Positions 1 through 14,182 of a stretch of 64,000 nucleotides of DNA are shown one piece after another; the stretch's first letter is position 1; every line of letters begins with the position of its first letter. Position numbers and translations under genes: made by a program. The DNA comes from Auanema rhodensis (taxonomy: Eukaryota > Animalia > Nematoda). The stretch is from contig OZ059899.1 in NCBI GenBank assembly GCA_964057225.1, positions 11,284,001 to 11,348,000 of the forward strand. Direction: 5' to 3'. Under the pieces are notes generated by a model. It ran no database searches. It was not told where the DNA came from and saw only the letters and a list, made by a program, of their open reading frames with translations.

Positions 1-135
1 AGTATCATGTTTGCTTGTTATTCAATTAGAACACTTATTTTTTGATTGTTTTCTTCAAATATTCTTTTTTTTTTTAACAAAGTTATGACTGAGATCAAAA
101 TTTGAACTTACTTTTGAACAATTAAACAGAAATTT

Positions 136-141
136 AAAAAA
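136..141 (-). terminator. Pol III oligo-T terminator (representative; one per unit)
   Basis: T6 on the minus strand, 4 nt past the tRNA 3' end. Confidence 0.85.
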
Positions 142-145
142 TATT

Positions 146-219
146 TGCCGCCAGCAGGGGTCGAACCTGCGACCTTGGGCTTATTAGACCCACGCTCTAA
201 CCGACTGAGCTATGGCGGC
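146..219 (-). tRNA. tRNA-Ile(AAT)
   Basis: Reverse complement is GCCGCCATAGCTCAGTCGGTTAGAGCGTGGGTCT-AAT-AAGCCCAAGGTCGCAGGTTCGACCCCTGCTGGCGGCA: cloverleaf, A and B boxes, no encoded CCA. Confidence 0.97.
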
Positions 220-247
220 TACGAAAGTACGAAATAACAAAGCGCTG

Positions 248-253
248 ATTATA
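248..253 (-). promoter_or_regulatory. TATA-like element upstream of the tRNA (representative)
   Basis: TATAAT at -34 to -29 relative to tRNA +1. Confidence 0.45.
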
Positions 254-812
254 GGAAACGTGAATGAATGCAGATATTCTCAATTCCGATTCATTAACTA
301 GATCGTGGTCAGCATTTTACAACATTGATAAAATAGAAACTGAGAAAAAAACATCAACAAATGACACTATTAACTTGGTTTTTTGAACAGCTTTTTTATA
401 TTTCTTTTTTCACTATGAGAGAACTTATATTTATTGCTTTTTCAAAATTTTCCATTTTTAACATTATGCATCTTGACTATCACACATTGAGAACAACAGA
501 TGGCAATGTTGGTTGTCACGTCATATTTCATGCAGTTAGATTTTCAGACACATTAATACCTTTGACCATTCTTCTTATGAGTTTTGTAACGATAGATCGT
601 AATAGGAAATGAATTGCTATAATATGAAAAAATACAAGACATAGTCAACATTGATTTCCCCAAATAGTATCATGTTTGCTTGTTATTCAATTAGAACACT
701 TATTTTTTGATTGTTTTCTTGAAATATTCTTTTTTTTTCTTTAACAAAGTTATGACTGAGATCAAAATTTGAACTTACTTTTGAACAATTGAACAGAAAT
801 TTAAAAAATATT

Positions 813-886
813 TTCCGCCAGCAGGGGTCGAACCTGCGACCTTGGGCTTATTAGACCCACGCTCTAACCGACTGAGCTATGGCGGC
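813..886 (-). tRNA. tRNA-Ile(AAT) variant C72A
   Basis: Array copy with the G1:C72 pair broken. Confidence 0.85.
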
Positions 887-1475
887 TACGAAAGTACGAA
901 ATAACAAAGCGCTGATTATAGGAAACGTGAATGAATGCAGATATTCTCAATTCCGATTCATTAACTAGATCGTGGTCAGCATTTTACAACATTGATAAAA
1001 TAGAAACTGAGAAAAAAACATCAACAAATGACACTATTAACTTGATTTTTTGAACAGCTTTTTTATATTTTTTTTTCACTATGAGAGAACTTATATTTAT
1101 TGCTTTTTCAAAATTTTCCATTTTTAACATTATACATCTTGACTATCACACATTGAGAACAACAGTTGGCAATGTTGGTTGTCACGTCATATTTCATGCA
1201 GTTAGATTTTCAGACACATTAATACCTTTGACCATTCTTCTTATGAGTTTTGTAACGATAGATCGTAATAGGAAATGAATTGCTATAATATGAAAAAATA
1301 CAAGACATAGTCAACATTGATTTCCCCAAATAGTATCATGTTTGCTTGTTATTCAATTAGAACACTTATTTTTTGATTGTTTTCTTCAAATATTCTTTTT
1401 TTTTTAACAAAGTTATGACTGAGATCAAAATTTGAACTTACTTTTGAACAATTAAACAGAAATTTAAAAAATAAT

Positions 1476-1549
1476 TGCCGCCAGCAGGGGTCGAACCTGC
1501 GACCTTGGGCTTATTAGACCCACGCTCTAACCGACTGAGCTATGGCGGC
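1476..1549 (-). tRNA. tRNA-Ile(AAT)
   Basis: Array copy. Confidence 0.95.
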
Positions 1550-2140
1550 TACGAAAGAACGAAATAACAAAGCGCTGATTATAGGAAACGTGAATGAATG
1601 CAGATATTCTCAATTCCGATTCATTAACTAGATCGTGGTCAGCATTTTACAACATTGATAAAATAGAAACTGAGAAAAAAACATCAACAAATGACACTAT
1701 TAACTTGGTTTTTTGAACAGCTTTTTTATATTTCTTTTTTCACTATGAGAGAACTTATATTTATTGCTTTTTCAAAATTTTCCATTTTTAACATTATACA
1801 TCTTGACTATCACACATTGAGAACAACAGATGGCAATGTTGGTTGTCACGTCATATTTCATGCAGTTAGATTTTCAGACACATTAATACCTTTGACCATT
1901 CTTCTTATGAGTTTTGTAACGATAGATCGTAATAGGAAATGAATTGCTATAATATGAAAAAATACAAGACATAGTCAACATTGATTTCCCCAAATAGTAT
2001 CATGTTTGCTTGTTATTCAATTAGAACACTTATTTTTTGATTGTTTTCTTCAAATATTCTTTTTTTTTTTAACAAAGTTATGACTGAGATCAAAATTTGA
2101 ACTTACTTTTGAACAATTAAACAGAAATTTAAAAAATATT

Positions 2141-2214
2141 TGCCGCCAGCAGGGGTCGAACCTGCGACCTTGGGCTTATTAGACCCACGCTCTAACCGAC
2201 TGAGCTATGGCGGC
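2141..2214 (-). tRNA. tRNA-Ile(AAT)
   Basis: Array copy. Confidence 0.95.
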
Positions 2215-2805
2215 TACGAAAGTACGAAATAACAAAGCGCTGATTATAGGAAACGTGAATGAATGCAGATATTCTCAATTCCGATTCATTAACTAGATCG
2301 TGGTCAGCATTTTACAACATTGATAAAATAGAAACTGAGAAAAAAACATCAACAAATGACACTATTAACTTGGTTTTTTGAACAGCTTTTTTATATTTCT
2401 TTTTTCACTATGAGAGAACTTATATTTATTGCTTTTTCAAAATTTTCCATTTTTAACATTATGCATCTTGACTATCACACATTGAGAACAACAGATGGCA
2501 ATGTTGGTTGTCACGTCATATTTCATGCAGTTAGATTTTCAGACACATTAATACCTTTGACCATTCTTCTTATGAGTTTTGTAACGATAGATCGTAATAG
2601 GAAATGAATTGCTATAATATGAAAAAATACAAGACATAGTCAACATTGATTTCCCCAAATAGTATCATGTTTGCTTGTTATTCAATTAGAACACTTATTT
2701 TTTGATTGTTTTCTTCAAATATTCTTTTTTTTTTTAACAAAGTTATGACTGAGATCAAAATTTGAACTTACTTTTGAACAATTAAACAGAAATTTAAAAA
2801 ATATT

Positions 2806-2879
2806 TGCCGCCAGCAGGGGTCGAACCTGCGACCTTGGGCTTATTAGACCCACGCTCTAACCGACTGAGCTATGGCGGC
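2806..2879 (-). tRNA. tRNA-Ile(AAT)
   Basis: Array copy. Confidence 0.95.
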
Positions 2880-3472
2880 TACGAAAGTACGAAATAACAA
2901 AGCGCTGATTATAGGAAACGTGAATGAATGCAGATATTCTCAATTCCGATTCATTAACTAGATCGTGGTCAGCATTTTACAACATTGATAAAATAGAAAC
3001 TGAGAAAAAAACATCAACAAATGACACTATTAACTTGGTTTTTTGAACAGCTTTTTTATATTTCTTTTTTCACTATGAGAGAACTTATATTTATTGCTTT
3101 TTCAAAATTTTCCATTTTTAACATTATGCATCTTGACTATCACACATTGAGAACAACAGATGGCAATGTTGGTTGTCACGTCATATTTCATGCAGTTAGA
3201 TTTTCAGACACATTAATACCTTTGACCATTCTTCTTATGAGTTTTGTAACGATAGATCGTAATAGGAAATGAATTGCTATAATATGAAAAAATACAAGAC
3301 ATAGTCAACATTGATTTCCCCAAATAGTATCATGTTTGCTTGTTATTCAATTAGAACACTTATTTTTTGATTGTTTTCTTGAAATATTCTTTTTTTTTCT
3401 TTAACAAAGTTATGACTGAGATCAAAATTTGAACTTACTTTTGAACAATTGAACAGAAATTTAAAAAATATT

Positions 3473-3546
3473 TTCCGCCAGCAGGGGTCGAACCTGCGAC
3501 CTTGGGCTTATTAGACCCACGCTCTAACCGACTGAGCTATGGCGGC
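3473..3546 (-). tRNA. tRNA-Ile(AAT) variant C72A
   Basis: Array copy with the G1:C72 pair broken. Confidence 0.85.
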
Positions 3547-4135
3547 TACGAAAGTACGAAATAACAAAGCGCTGATTATAGGAAACGTGAATGAATGCAG
3601 ATATTCTCAATTCCGATTCATTAACTAGATCGTGGTCAGCATTTTACAACATTGATAAAATAGAAACTGAGAAAAAAACATCAACAAATGACACTATTAA
3701 CTTGATTTTTTGAACAGCTTTTTTATATTTTTTTTTCACTATGAGAGAACTTATATTTATTGCTTTTTCAAAATTTTCCATTTTTAACATTATACATCTT
3801 GACTATCACACATTGAGAACAACAGTTGGCAATGTTGGTTGTCACGTCATATTTCATGCAGTTAGATTTTCAGACACATTAATACCTTTGACCATTCTTC
3901 TTATGAGTTTTGTAACGATAGATCGTAATAGGAAATGAATTGCTATAATATGAAAAAATACAAGACATAGTCAACATTGATTTCCCCAAATAGTATCATG
4001 TTTGCTTGTTATTCAATTAGAACACTTATTTTTTGATTGTTTTCTTCAAATATTCTTTTTTTTTTAACAAAGTTATGACTGAGATCAAAATTTGAACTTA
4101 CTTTTGAACAATTAAACAGAAATTTAAAAAATAAT

Positions 4136-4209
4136 TGCCGCCAGCAGGGGTCGAACCTGCGACCTTGGGCTTATTAGACCCACGCTCTAACCGACTGAGC
4201 TATGGCGGC
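4136..4209 (-). tRNA. tRNA-Ile(AAT)
   Basis: Array copy. Confidence 0.95.
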
Positions 4210-4800
4210 TACGAAAGAACGAAATAACAAAGCGCTGATTATAGGAAACGTGAATGAATGCAGATATTCTCAATTCCGATTCATTAACTAGATCGTGGTC
4301 AGCATTTTACAACATTGATAAAATAGAAACTGAGAAAAAAACATCAACAAATGACACTATTAACTTGGTTTTTTGAACAGCTTTTTTATATTTCTTTTTT
4401 CACTATGAGAGAACTTATATTTATTGCTTTTTCAAAATTTTCCATTTTTAACATTATACATCTTGACTATCACACATTGAGAACAACAGATGGCAATGTT
4501 GGTTGTCACGTCATATTTCATGCAGTTAGATTTTCAGACACATTAATACCTTTGACCATTCTTCTTATGAGTTTTGTAACGATAGATCGTAATAGGAAAT
4601 GAATTGCTATAATATGAAAAAATACAAGACATAGTCAACATTGATTTCCCCAAATAGTATCATGTTTGCTTGTTATTCAATTAGAACACTTATTTTTTGA
4701 TTGTTTTCTTCAAATATTCTTTTTTTTTTTAACAAAGTTATGACTGAGATCAAAATTTGAACTTACTTTTGAACAATTAAACAGAAATTTAAAAAATATT

Positions 4801-4874
4801 TGCCGCCAGCAGGGGTCGAACCTGCGACCTTGGGCTTATTAGACCCACGCTCTAACCGACTGAGCTATGGCGGC
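4801..4874 (-). tRNA. tRNA-Ile(AAT)
   Basis: Array copy. Confidence 0.95.
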
Positions 4875-5463
4875 TACGAAAGTACGAAATAACAAAGCGC
4901 TGATTATAGGAAACGTGAATGAATGCAGATATTCTCAATTCCGATTCATTAACTAGATCGTGGTCAGCATTTTACAACATTGATAAAATAGAAACTGAGA
5001 AAAAAACATCAACAAATGACACTATTAACTTGATTTTTTGAACAGCTTTTTTATATTTTTTTTTCACTATGAGAGAACTTATATTTATTGCTTTTTCAAA
5101 ATTTTCCATTTTTAACATTATACATCTTGACTATCACACATTGAGAACAACAGTTGGCAATGTTGGTTGTCACGTCATATTTCATGCAGTTAGATTTTCA
5201 GACACATTAATACCTTTGACCATTCTTCTTATGAGTTTTGTAACGATAGATCGTAATAGGAAATGAATTGCTATAATATGAAAAAATACAAGACATAGTC
5301 AACATTGATTTCCCCAAATAGTATCATGTTTGCTTGTTATTCAATTAGAACACTTATTTTTTGATTGTTTTCTTCAAATATTCTTTTTTTTTTAACAAAG
5401 TTATGACTGAGATCAAAATTTGAACTTACTTTTGAACAATTAAACAGAAATTTAAAAAATAAT

Positions 5464-5537
5464 TGCCGCCAGCAGGGGTCGAACCTGCGACCTTGGGCTT
5501 ATTAGACCCACGCTCTAACCGACTGAGCTATGGCGGC
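5464..5537 (-). tRNA. tRNA-Ile(AAT)
   Basis: Array copy. Confidence 0.95.
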
Positions 5538-6128
5538 TACGAAAGAACGAAATAACAAAGCGCTGATTATAGGAAACGTGAATGAATGCAGATATTCTCA
5601 ATTCCGATTCATTAACTAGATCGTGGTCAGCATTTTACAACATTGATAAAATAGAAACTGAGAAAAAAACATCAACAAATGACACTATTAACTTGGTTTT
5701 TTGAACAGCTTTTTTATATTTCTTTTTTCACTATGAGAGAACTTATATTTATTGCTTTTTCAAAATTTTCCATTTTTAACATTATACATCTTGACTATCA
5801 CACATTGAGAACAACAGATGGCAATGTTGGTTGTCACGTCATATTTCATGCAGTTAGATTTTCAGACACATTAATACCTTTGACCATTCTTCTTATGAGT
5901 TTTGTAACGATAGATCGTAATAGGAAATGAATTGCTATAATATGAAAAAATACAAGACATAGTCAACATTGATTTCCCCAAATAGTATCATGTTTGCTTG
6001 TTATTCAATTAGAACACTTATTTTTTGATTGTTTTCTTCAAATATTCTTTTTTTTTTTAACAAAGTTATGACTGAGATCAAAATTTGAACTTACTTTTGA
6101 ACAATTAAACAGAAATTTAAAAAATATT

Positions 6129-6202
6129 TGCCGCCAGCAGGGGTCGAACCTGCGACCTTGGGCTTATTAGACCCACGCTCTAACCGACTGAGCTATGGCG
6201 GC
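6129..6202 (-). tRNA. tRNA-Ile(AAT)
   Basis: Array copy. Confidence 0.95.
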
Positions 6203-6795
6203 TACGAAAGTACGAAATAACAAAGCGCTGATTATAGGAAACGTGAATGAATGCAGATATTCTCAATTCCGATTCATTAACTAGATCGTGGTCAGCATTT
6301 TACAACATTGATAAAATAGAAACTGAGAAAAAAACATCAACAAATGACACTATTAACTTGGTTTTTTGAACAGCTTTTTTATATTTCTTTTTTCACTATG
6401 AGAGAACTTATATTTATTGCTTTTTCAAAATTTTCCATTTTTAACATTATGCATCTTGACTATCACACATTGAGAACAACAGATGGCAATGTTGGTTGTC
6501 ACGTCATATTTCATGCAGTTAGATTTTCAGACACATTAATACCTTTGACCATTCTTCTTATGAGTTTTGTAACGATAGATCGTAATAGGAAATGAATTGC
6601 TATAATATGAAAAAATACAAGACATAGTCAACATTGATTTCCCCAAATAGTATCATGTTTGCTTGTTATTCAATTAGAACACTTATTTTTTGATTGTTTT
6701 CTTGAAATATTCTTTTTTTTTCTTTAACAAAGTTATGACTGAGATCAAAATTTGAACTTACTTTTGAACAATTGAACAGAAATTTAAAAAATATT

Positions 6796-6869
6796 TTCCG
6801 CCAGCAGGGGTCGAACCTGCGACCTTGGGCTTATTAGACCCACGCTCTAACCGACTGAGCTATGGCGGC
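6796..6869 (-). tRNA. tRNA-Ile(AAT) variant C72A
   Basis: Array copy with the G1:C72 pair broken. Confidence 0.85.
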
Positions 6870-7458
6870 TACGAAAGTACGAAATAACAAAGCGCTGATT
6901 ATAGGAAACGTGAATGAATGCAGATATTCTCAATTCCGATTCATTAACTAGATCGTGGTCAGCATTTTACAACATTGATAAAATAGAAACTGAGAAAAAA
7001 ACATCAACAAATGACACTATTAACTTGATTTTTTGAACAGCTTTTTTATATTTTTTTTTCACTATGAGAGAACTTATATTTATTGCTTTTTCAAAATTTT
7101 CCATTTTTAACATTATACATCTTGACTATCACACATTGAGAACAACAGTTGGCAATGTTGGTTGTCACGTCATATTTCATGCAGTTAGATTTTCAGACAC
7201 ATTAATACCTTTGACCATTCTTCTTATGAGTTTTGTAACGATAGATCGTAATAGGAAATGAATTGCTATAATATGAAAAAATACAAGACATAGTCAACAT
7301 TGATTTCCCCAAATAGTATCATGTTTGCTTGTTATTCAATTAGAACACTTATTTTTTGATTGTTTTCTTCAAATATTCTTTTTTTTTTAACAAAGTTATG
7401 ACTGAGATCAAAATTTGAACTTACTTTTGAACAATTAAACAGAAATTTAAAAAATAAT

Positions 7459-7532
7459 TGCCGCCAGCAGGGGTCGAACCTGCGACCTTGGGCTTATTAG
7501 ACCCACGCTCTAACCGACTGAGCTATGGCGGC
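7459..7532 (-). tRNA. tRNA-Ile(AAT)
   Basis: Array copy. Confidence 0.95.
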
Positions 7533-8122
7533 TACGAAAGAACGAAATAACAAAGCGCTGATTATAGGAAACGTGAATGAATGCAGATATTCTCAATTCC
7601 GATTCATTAACTAGATCGTGGTCAGCATTTTACAACATTGATAAAATAGAAACTGAGAAAAAAACATCAACAAATGACACTATTAACTTGGTTTTTTGAA
7701 CAGCTTTTTTATATTTCTTTTTTCACTATGAGAGAACTTATATTTATTGCTTTTTCAAAATTTTCCATTTTTAACATTATACATCTTGACTATCACACAT
7801 TGAGAACAACAGATGGCAATGTTGGTTGTCACGTCATATTTCATGCAGTTAGATTTTCAGACACATTAATACCTTTGACCATTCTTCTTATGAGTTTTGT
7901 AACGATAGATCGTAATAGGAAATGAATTGCTATAATATGAAAAAATACAAGACATAGTCAACATTGATTTCCCCAAATAGTATCATGTTTGCTTGTTATT
8001 CAATTAGAACACTTATTTTTTGATTGTTTTCTTCAAATATTCTTTTTTTTTTAACAAAGTTATGACTGAGATCAAAATTTGAACTTACTTTTGAACAATT
8101 AAACAGAAATTTAAAAAATATT

Positions 8123-8196
8123 TGCCGCCAGCAGGGGTCGAACCTGCGACCTTGGGCTTATTAGACCCACGCTCTAACCGACTGAGCTATGGCGGC
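8123..8196 (-). tRNA. tRNA-Ile(AAT)
   Basis: Array copy. Confidence 0.95.
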
Positions 8197-8789
8197 TACG
8201 AAAGAACGAAATAACAAAGCGCTGATTATAGGAAACGTGAATGAATGCAGATATTCTCAATTCCGATTCATTAACTAGATCGTGGTCAGCATTTTACAAC
8301 ATTGATAAAATAGAAACTGAGAAAAAAACATCAACAAATGACACTATTAACTTGGTTTTTTGAACAGCTTTTTTATATTTCTTTTTTCACTATGAGAGAA
8401 CTTATATTTATTGCTTTTTCAAAATTTTCCATTTTTAACATTATACATCTTGACTATCACACATTGAGAACAACAGATGGCAATGTTGGTTGTCACGTCA
8501 TATTTCATGCAGTTAGATTTTCAGACACATTAATACCTTTGACCATTCTTCTTATGAGTTTTGTAACGATAGATCGTAATAGGAAATGAATTGCTATAAT
8601 ATGAAAAAATACAAGACATAGTCAACATTGATTTCCCCAAATAGTATCATGTTTGCTTGTTATTCAATTAGAACACTTATTTTTTGATTGTTTTCTTCAA
8701 ATATTCTTTTTTTTTCTTTAACAAAGTTATGACTGAGATCAAAATTTGAACTTACTTTTGAACAATTGAACAGAAATTTAAAAAATATT

Positions 8790-8863
8790 TGCCGCCAGCA
8801 GGGGTCGAACCTGCGACCTTGGGCTTATTAGACCCACGCTCTAACCGACTGAGCTATGGCGGC
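8790..8863 (-). tRNA. tRNA-Ile(AAT)
   Basis: Array copy. Confidence 0.95.
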
Positions 8864-9452
8864 TACGAAAGTAAGAAATAACAAAGCGCTGATTATAGGA
8901 AACGTGAATGAATGCAGATATTCTCAATTCCGATTCATTAACTAGATCGTGGTCAGCATTTTACAACATTGATAAAATAGAAACTGAGAAAAAAACATCA
9001 ACAAATGACACTATTAACTTGATTTTTTGAACAGCTTTTTTATATTTTTTTTTCACTATGAGAGAACTTATATTTATTGCTTTTTCAAAATTTTCCATTT
9101 TTAACATTATACATCTTGACTATCACACATTGAGAACAACAGTTGGCAATGTTGGTTGTCACGTCATATTTCATGCAGTTAGATTTTCAGACACATTAAT
9201 ACCTTTGACCATTCTTCTTATGAGTTTTGTAACGATAGATCGTAATAGGAAATGAATTGCTATAATATGAAAAAATACAAGACATAGTCAACATTGATTT
9301 CCCCAAATAGTATCATGTTTGCTTGTTATTCAATTAGAACACTTATTTTTTGATTGTTTTCTTCAAATATTCTTTTTTTTTTAACAAAGTTATGACTGAG
9401 ATCAAAATTTGAACTTACTTTTGAACAATTAAACAGAAATTTAAAAAATATT

Positions 9453-9526
9453 TGCCGCCAGCAGGGGTCGAACCTGCGACCTTGGGCTTATTAGACCCAC
9501 GCTCTAACCGACTGAGCTATGGCGGC
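9453..9526 (-). tRNA. tRNA-Ile(AAT)
   Basis: Array copy. Confidence 0.95.
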
Positions 9527-10119
9527 TACGAAAGAACGAAATAACAAAGCGCTGATTATAGGAAACGTGAATGAATGCAGATATTCTCAATTCCGATTCA
9601 TTAACTAGATCGTGGTCAGCATTTTACAACATTGATAAAATAGAAACTGAGAAAAAAACATCAACAAATGACACTATTAACTTGGTTTTTTGAACAGCTT
9701 TTTTATATTTCTTTTTTCACTATGAGAGAACTTATATTTATTGCTTTTTCAAAATTTTCCATTTTTAACATTATACATCTTGACTATCACACATTGAGAA
9801 CAACAGATGGCAATGTTGGTTGTCACGTCATATTTCATGCAGTTAGATTTTCAGACACATTAATACCTTTGACCATTCTTCTTATGAGTTTTGTAACGAT
9901 AGATCGTAATAGGAAATGAATTGCTATAATATGAAAAAATACAAGACATAGTCAACATTGATTTCCCCAAATAGTATCATGTTTGCTTGTTATTCAATTA
10001 GAACACTTATTTTTTGATTGTTTTCTTCAAATATTCTTTTTTTTTCTTTAACAAAGTTATGACTGAGATCAAAATTTGAACTTACTTTTGAACAATTGAA
10101 CAGAAATTTAAAAAATATT

Positions 10120-10193
10120 TGCCGCCAGCAGGGGTCGAACCTGCTACCTTGGGCTTATTAGACCCACGCTCTAACCGACTGAGCTATGGCGGC
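10120..10193 (-). tRNA. tRNA-Ile(AAT) variant C48A
   Basis: Array copy with a substitution at 10145. Confidence 0.85.
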
Positions 10194-10783
10194 TACGAAA
10201 GTAAGAAATAACAAAGCGCTGATTATAGGAAACGTGAATGAATGCAGATATTCTCAATTCCGATTCATTAACTAGATCGTGGTCAGCATTTTACAACATT
10301 GATAAAATAGAAACTGAGAAAAAAACATCAACAAATGACACTATTAACTTGGTTTTTTGAACAGCTTTTTTATATTTCTTTTTTCACTATGAGAGAACTT
10401 ATATTTATTGCTTTTTCAAAATTTTCCATTTTTAACATTATACATCTTGACTATCACACATTGAGAACAACAGTTGGCAATGTTGGTTGTCACGTCATAT
10501 TTCATGCAGTTAGATTTTCAGACACATTAATACCTTTGACCATTCTTCTTATGAGTTTTGTAACGATAGATCGTAATAGGAAATGAATTGCTATAATATG
10601 AAAAAATACAAGACATAGTCAACATTGATTTCCCCAAATAGTATCATGTTTGCTTGTTATTCAATTAGAACACTTATTTTTTGATTGTTTTCTTCAAATA
10701 TTCTTTTTTTTTTAACAAAGTTATGACTGAGATCAAAATTTGAACTTACTTTTGAACAATTAAACAGAAATTTAAAAAATATT

Positions 10784-10857
10784 TGCCGCCAGCAGGGGTC
10801 GAACCTGCGACCTTGGGCTTATTAGACCCACGCTCTAACCGACTGAGCTATGGCGGC
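10784..10857 (-). tRNA. tRNA-Ile(AAT)
   Basis: Array copy. Confidence 0.95.
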
Positions 10858-11450
10858 TACGAAAGAACGAAATAACAAAGCGCTGATTATAGGAAACGTG
10901 AATGAATGCAGATATTCTCAATTCCGATTCATTAACTAGATCGTGGTCAGCATTTTACAACATTGATAAAATAGAAACTGAGAAAAAAACATCAACAAAT
11001 GACACTATTAACTTGGTTTTTTGAACAGCTTTTTTATATTTCTTTTTTCACTATGAGAGAACTTATATTTATTGCTTTTTCAAAATTTTCCATTTTTAAC
11101 ATTATACATCTTGACTATCACACATTGAGAACAACAGATGGCAATGTTGGTTGTCACGTCATATTTCATGCAGTTAGATTTTCAGACACATTAATACCTT
11201 TGACCATTCTTCTTATGAGTTTTGTAACGATAGATCGTAATAGGAAATGAATTGCTATAATATGAAAAAATACAAGACATAGTCAACATTGATTTCCCCA
11301 AATAGTATCATGTTTGCTTGTTATTCAATTAGAACACTTATTTTTTGATTGTTTTCTTCAAATATTCTTTTTTTTTCTTTAACAAAGTTATGACTGAGAT
11401 CAAAATTTGAACTTACTTTTGAACAATTGAACAGAAATTTAAAAAATATT

Positions 11451-11524
11451 TGCCGCCAGCAGGGGTCGAACCTGCGACCTTGGGCTTATTAGACCCACGC
11501 TCTAACCGACTGAGCTATGGCGGC
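11451..11524 (-). tRNA. tRNA-Ile(AAT)
   Basis: Array copy. Confidence 0.95.
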
Positions 11525-12114
11525 TACGAAAGTAAGAAATAACAAAGCGCTGATTATAGGAAACGTGAATGAATGCAGATATTCTCAATTCCGATTCATT
11601 AACTAGATCGTGGTCAGCATTTTACAACATTGATAAAATAGAAACTGAGAAAAAAACATCAACAAATGACACTATTAACTTCGTTTTTTGAACAGCTTTT
11701 TTATATTTCTTTTTTCACTATGAGAGAACTTATATTTATTGCTTTTTCAAAATTTTCCATTTTTAACATTATACATCTTGACTATCACACATTGAGAACA
11801 ACAGTTGGCAATGTTGGTTGTCACGTCATATTTCATGCAGTTAGATTTTCAGACACATTAATACTTTTGAATATTCTTCTTATGAGTTTTGTAACGATAG
11901 ATCGTAATAGGAAATGAATTGCTATAATATGAAAAAATACAAGACATAGTCAACATTGATTTCCCCAAATAGTATCATGTTTGCTTGTTATTCAATTAGA
12001 ACACTTATTTTTTGATTGTTTTCTTCAAATATTCTTTTTTTTTTAACAAAGTTATGACTGAGATCAAAATTTGAACTTACTTTTGAACAATTAAACAGAA
12101 ATTTAAAAAATATT

Positions 12115-12188
12115 TGCCGCCAGCAGGGGTCGAACCTGCGACCTTGGGCTTATTAGACCCACGCTCTAACCGACTGAGCTATGGCGGC
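12115..12188 (-). tRNA. tRNA-Ile(AAT)
   Basis: Array copy. Confidence 0.95.
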
Positions 12189-12779
12189 TACGAAAGTACG
12201 AAATAACAAAGCGCTGATTATAGGAAACGTGAATGAATGCAGATATTCTCAATTCCGATTCATTAACTAGATCGTGGTCAGCATTTTACAACATTGATAA
12301 AATAGAAACTGAGAAAAAAACATCAACAAATGACACTATTAACTTGGTTTTTTGAACAGCTTTTTTATATTTCTTTTTTCACTATGAGAGAACTTATATT
12401 TATTGCTTTTTCAAAATTTTCCATTTTTAACATTATACATCTTGACTATCACACATTGAGAACAACAGATGGCAATGTTGGTTGTCACGTCATATTTCAT
12501 GCAGTTAGATTTTCAGACACATTAATACCTTTGACCATTCTTCTTATGAGTTTTGTAACGATAGATCGTAATAGGAAATGAATTGCTATAATATGAAAAA
12601 ATACAAGACATAGTCAACATTGATTTCCCCAAATAGTATCATGTTTGCTTGTTATTCAATTAGAACACTTATTTTTTGATTGTTTTCTTCAAATATTCTT
12701 TTTTTTTTTAACAAAGTTATGACTGAGATCAAAATTTGAACTTACTTTTGAACAATTAAACAGAAATTTAAAAAATAAT

Positions 12780-12853
12780 TGCCGCCAGCAGGGGTCGAAC
12801 CTGCGACCTTGGGCTTATTAGACCCACGCTCTAACCGACTGAGCTATGGCGGC
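12780..12853 (-). tRNA. tRNA-Ile(AAT)
   Basis: Array copy. Confidence 0.95.
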
Positions 12854-13443
12854 TACGAAAGTACGAAATAACAAAGCGCTGATTATAGGAAACGTGAATG
12901 AATGCAGATATTCTCAATTCCGATTCATTAACTAGATCGTGGTCAGCATTTTACAACATTGATAAAATAGAAACTGAGAAAAAAACATCAACAAATGACA
13001 CTATTAACTTGGTTTTTTGAACAGCTTTTTTATATTTCTTTTTTCACTATGAGAGAACTTATATTTATTGCTTTTTCAAAATTTTCCATTTTTAACATTA
13101 TGCATCTTGACTATCACACATTGAGAACAACAGATGGCAATGTTGGTTGTCACGTCATATTTCATGCAGTTAGATTTTCAGACACATTAATACCTTTGAC
13201 CATTCTTCTTATGAGTTTTGTAACGATAGATCGTAATAGGAAATGAATTGCTATAATATGAAAAAATACAAGACATAGTCAACATTGATTTCCCCAAATA
13301 GTATCATGTTTGCTTGTTATTCAATTAGAACACTTATTTTTTGATTGTTTTCTTCAAATATTCTTTTTTTTTTAACAAAGTTATGACTGAGATCAAAATT
13401 TGAACTTACTTTTGAACAATTAAACAGAAATTTAAAAAATATT

Positions 13444-13517
13444 TGCCGCCAGCAGGGGTCGAACCTGCGACCTTGGGCTTATTAGACCCACGCTCTAACC
13501 GACTGAGCTATGGCGGC
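13444..13517 (-). tRNA. tRNA-Ile(AAT)
   Basis: Array copy. Confidence 0.95.
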
Positions 13518-14108
13518 TACGAAAGTACGAAATAACAAAGCGCTGATTATAGGAAACGTGAATGAATGCAGATATTCTCAATTCCGATTCATTAACTAGA
13601 TCGTGGTCAGCATTTTACAACATTGATAAAATAGAAACTGAGAAAAAAACATCAACAAATGACACTATTAACTTGGTTTTTTGAACAGCTTTTTTATATT
13701 TCTTTTTTCACTATGAGAGAACTTATATTTATTGCTTTTTCAAAATTTTCCATTTTTAACATTATACATCTTGACTATCACACATTGAGAACAACAGATG
13801 GCAATGTTGGTTGTCACGTCATATTTCATGCAGTTAGATTTTCAGACACATTAATACCTTTGACCATTCTTCTTATGAGTTTTGTAACGATAGATCGTAA
13901 TAGGAAATGAATTGCTATAATATGAAAAAATACAAGACATAGTCAACATTGATTTCCCCAAATAGTATCATGTTTGCTTGTTATTCAATTAGAACACTTA
14001 TTTTTTGATTGTTTTCTTCAAATATTCTTTTTTTTTTTAACAAAGTTATGACTGAGATCAAAATTTGAACTTACTTTTGAACAATTAAACAGAAATTTAA
14101 AAAATAAT

Positions 14109-14182
14109 TGCCGCCAGCAGGGGTCGAACCTGCGACCTTGGGCTTATTAGACCCACGCTCTAACCGACTGAGCTATGGCGGC
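14109..14182 (-). tRNA. tRNA-Ile(AAT)
   Basis: Array copy. Confidence 0.95.

Noticed and set aside
146-219. tRNA-derived SINE interpretation
   Set aside because: The cloverleaf is complete and followed immediately by a T6 terminator, with no tail or TSD.
120-345. Nematode piRNA upstream (CTGTTTCA) motif in the spacer
   Set aside because: Only partial matches (CTGTTTAA, CAGTTTCT) are present, as expected by chance in AT-rich DNA.
361-612. 83/65-aa ORF repeated in every unit
   Set aside because: It is AT-rich spacer with no domain. Many units carry a TGG>TGA stop and/or a 1-bp deletion, so its conservation reflects array homogenisation.
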